In this document: in pieces, positions 63,736 through 64,000 of the stretch
Numbering within the stretch: position 1 is the first letter of the stretch
Layout: every line of letters starts with the position of its first letter
DNA from: Haliotis rufescens
Lineage: Eukaryota
Direction of reading: 5' to 3'
Assembly (NCBI RefSeq): GCF_023055435.1
Contig: NW_025964112.1
Coordinates: forward strand, 47,058,001-47,122,000
DNA: 64,000 bases
Notes under the pieces: generated by a model
Told to the model about the DNA's origin: nothing
Databases searched by the model: none
What the model saw: the letters and a program-made list of their open reading frames with translations, nothing else
Program-made: the position numbers and the translations under genes

Positions 63736-64000
63736 GTCTATAATACACCAATGTTTAATAGCACTTTAGAAATAGGCTAAGCTCATGAAATATAATCTGC
63801 AGATGTATTCTGATTCATATTGAACTCGCATCAGATCACGCATGTATATGGCAAGGATTCCTGAACGTGTCTATAATACACCGATGTTTAAAAGCATTTT
63901 AGAAATAGGTTAAGCTCATAAGATATAATCTGCAGATGTATTCTGATTCATATTGAACTCGCATCAGATCACGCATGTGTATGGCAAGGATTCCTGAACG
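63736..64000. repeat. 133-bp tandem repeat (2 copies visible, may continue beyond the window)
   Basis: gtctataatacacc at 63736 and 63869, near-identical units. Confidence 0.95.

Overview
AT-rich eukaryotic DNA from a Hox cluster. It is most likely lophotrochozoan/molluscan: the SINE content suggests a gastropod such as abalone, but that is an inference. The only credible host gene segment is exon 1 of a central-class Hox gene on the minus strand (10784-10322). It has an SSY N-terminal motif and an FYPWM hexapeptide followed by SIVG and a phase-1 AG|GTTAGT donor, so it is Lox2/Lox4 (Ubx/abd-A group), Lox2 slightly favoured from memory. No homeobox exon is visible in 1-10321, so the intron exceeds 10 kb, and no other Hox exon is seen in the 53 kb upstream. 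About 3.3-29.9 kb is essentially free of recognisable SINEs and is rich in Hox/TALE-type motifs. About 29.9-59.2 kb is crowded with several SINE families, MITEs, a decayed Penelope-like RT, R4/Dong-like RLE retrotransposon fragments in a TAA microsatellite, and satellites. The most striking observation is a perfect nuclear-receptor DR4 (AGGTCA-CAGG-AGGTCA) about 120 bp upstream of the first ATG. It is fused to a Pbx/Hox-like site and lies next to CCAAT and octamer boxes, and a perfect ERE-type palindrome lies about 11 kb further upstream. All regulatory calls rest on motifs only. Repeat boundaries were read by eye and are approximate.
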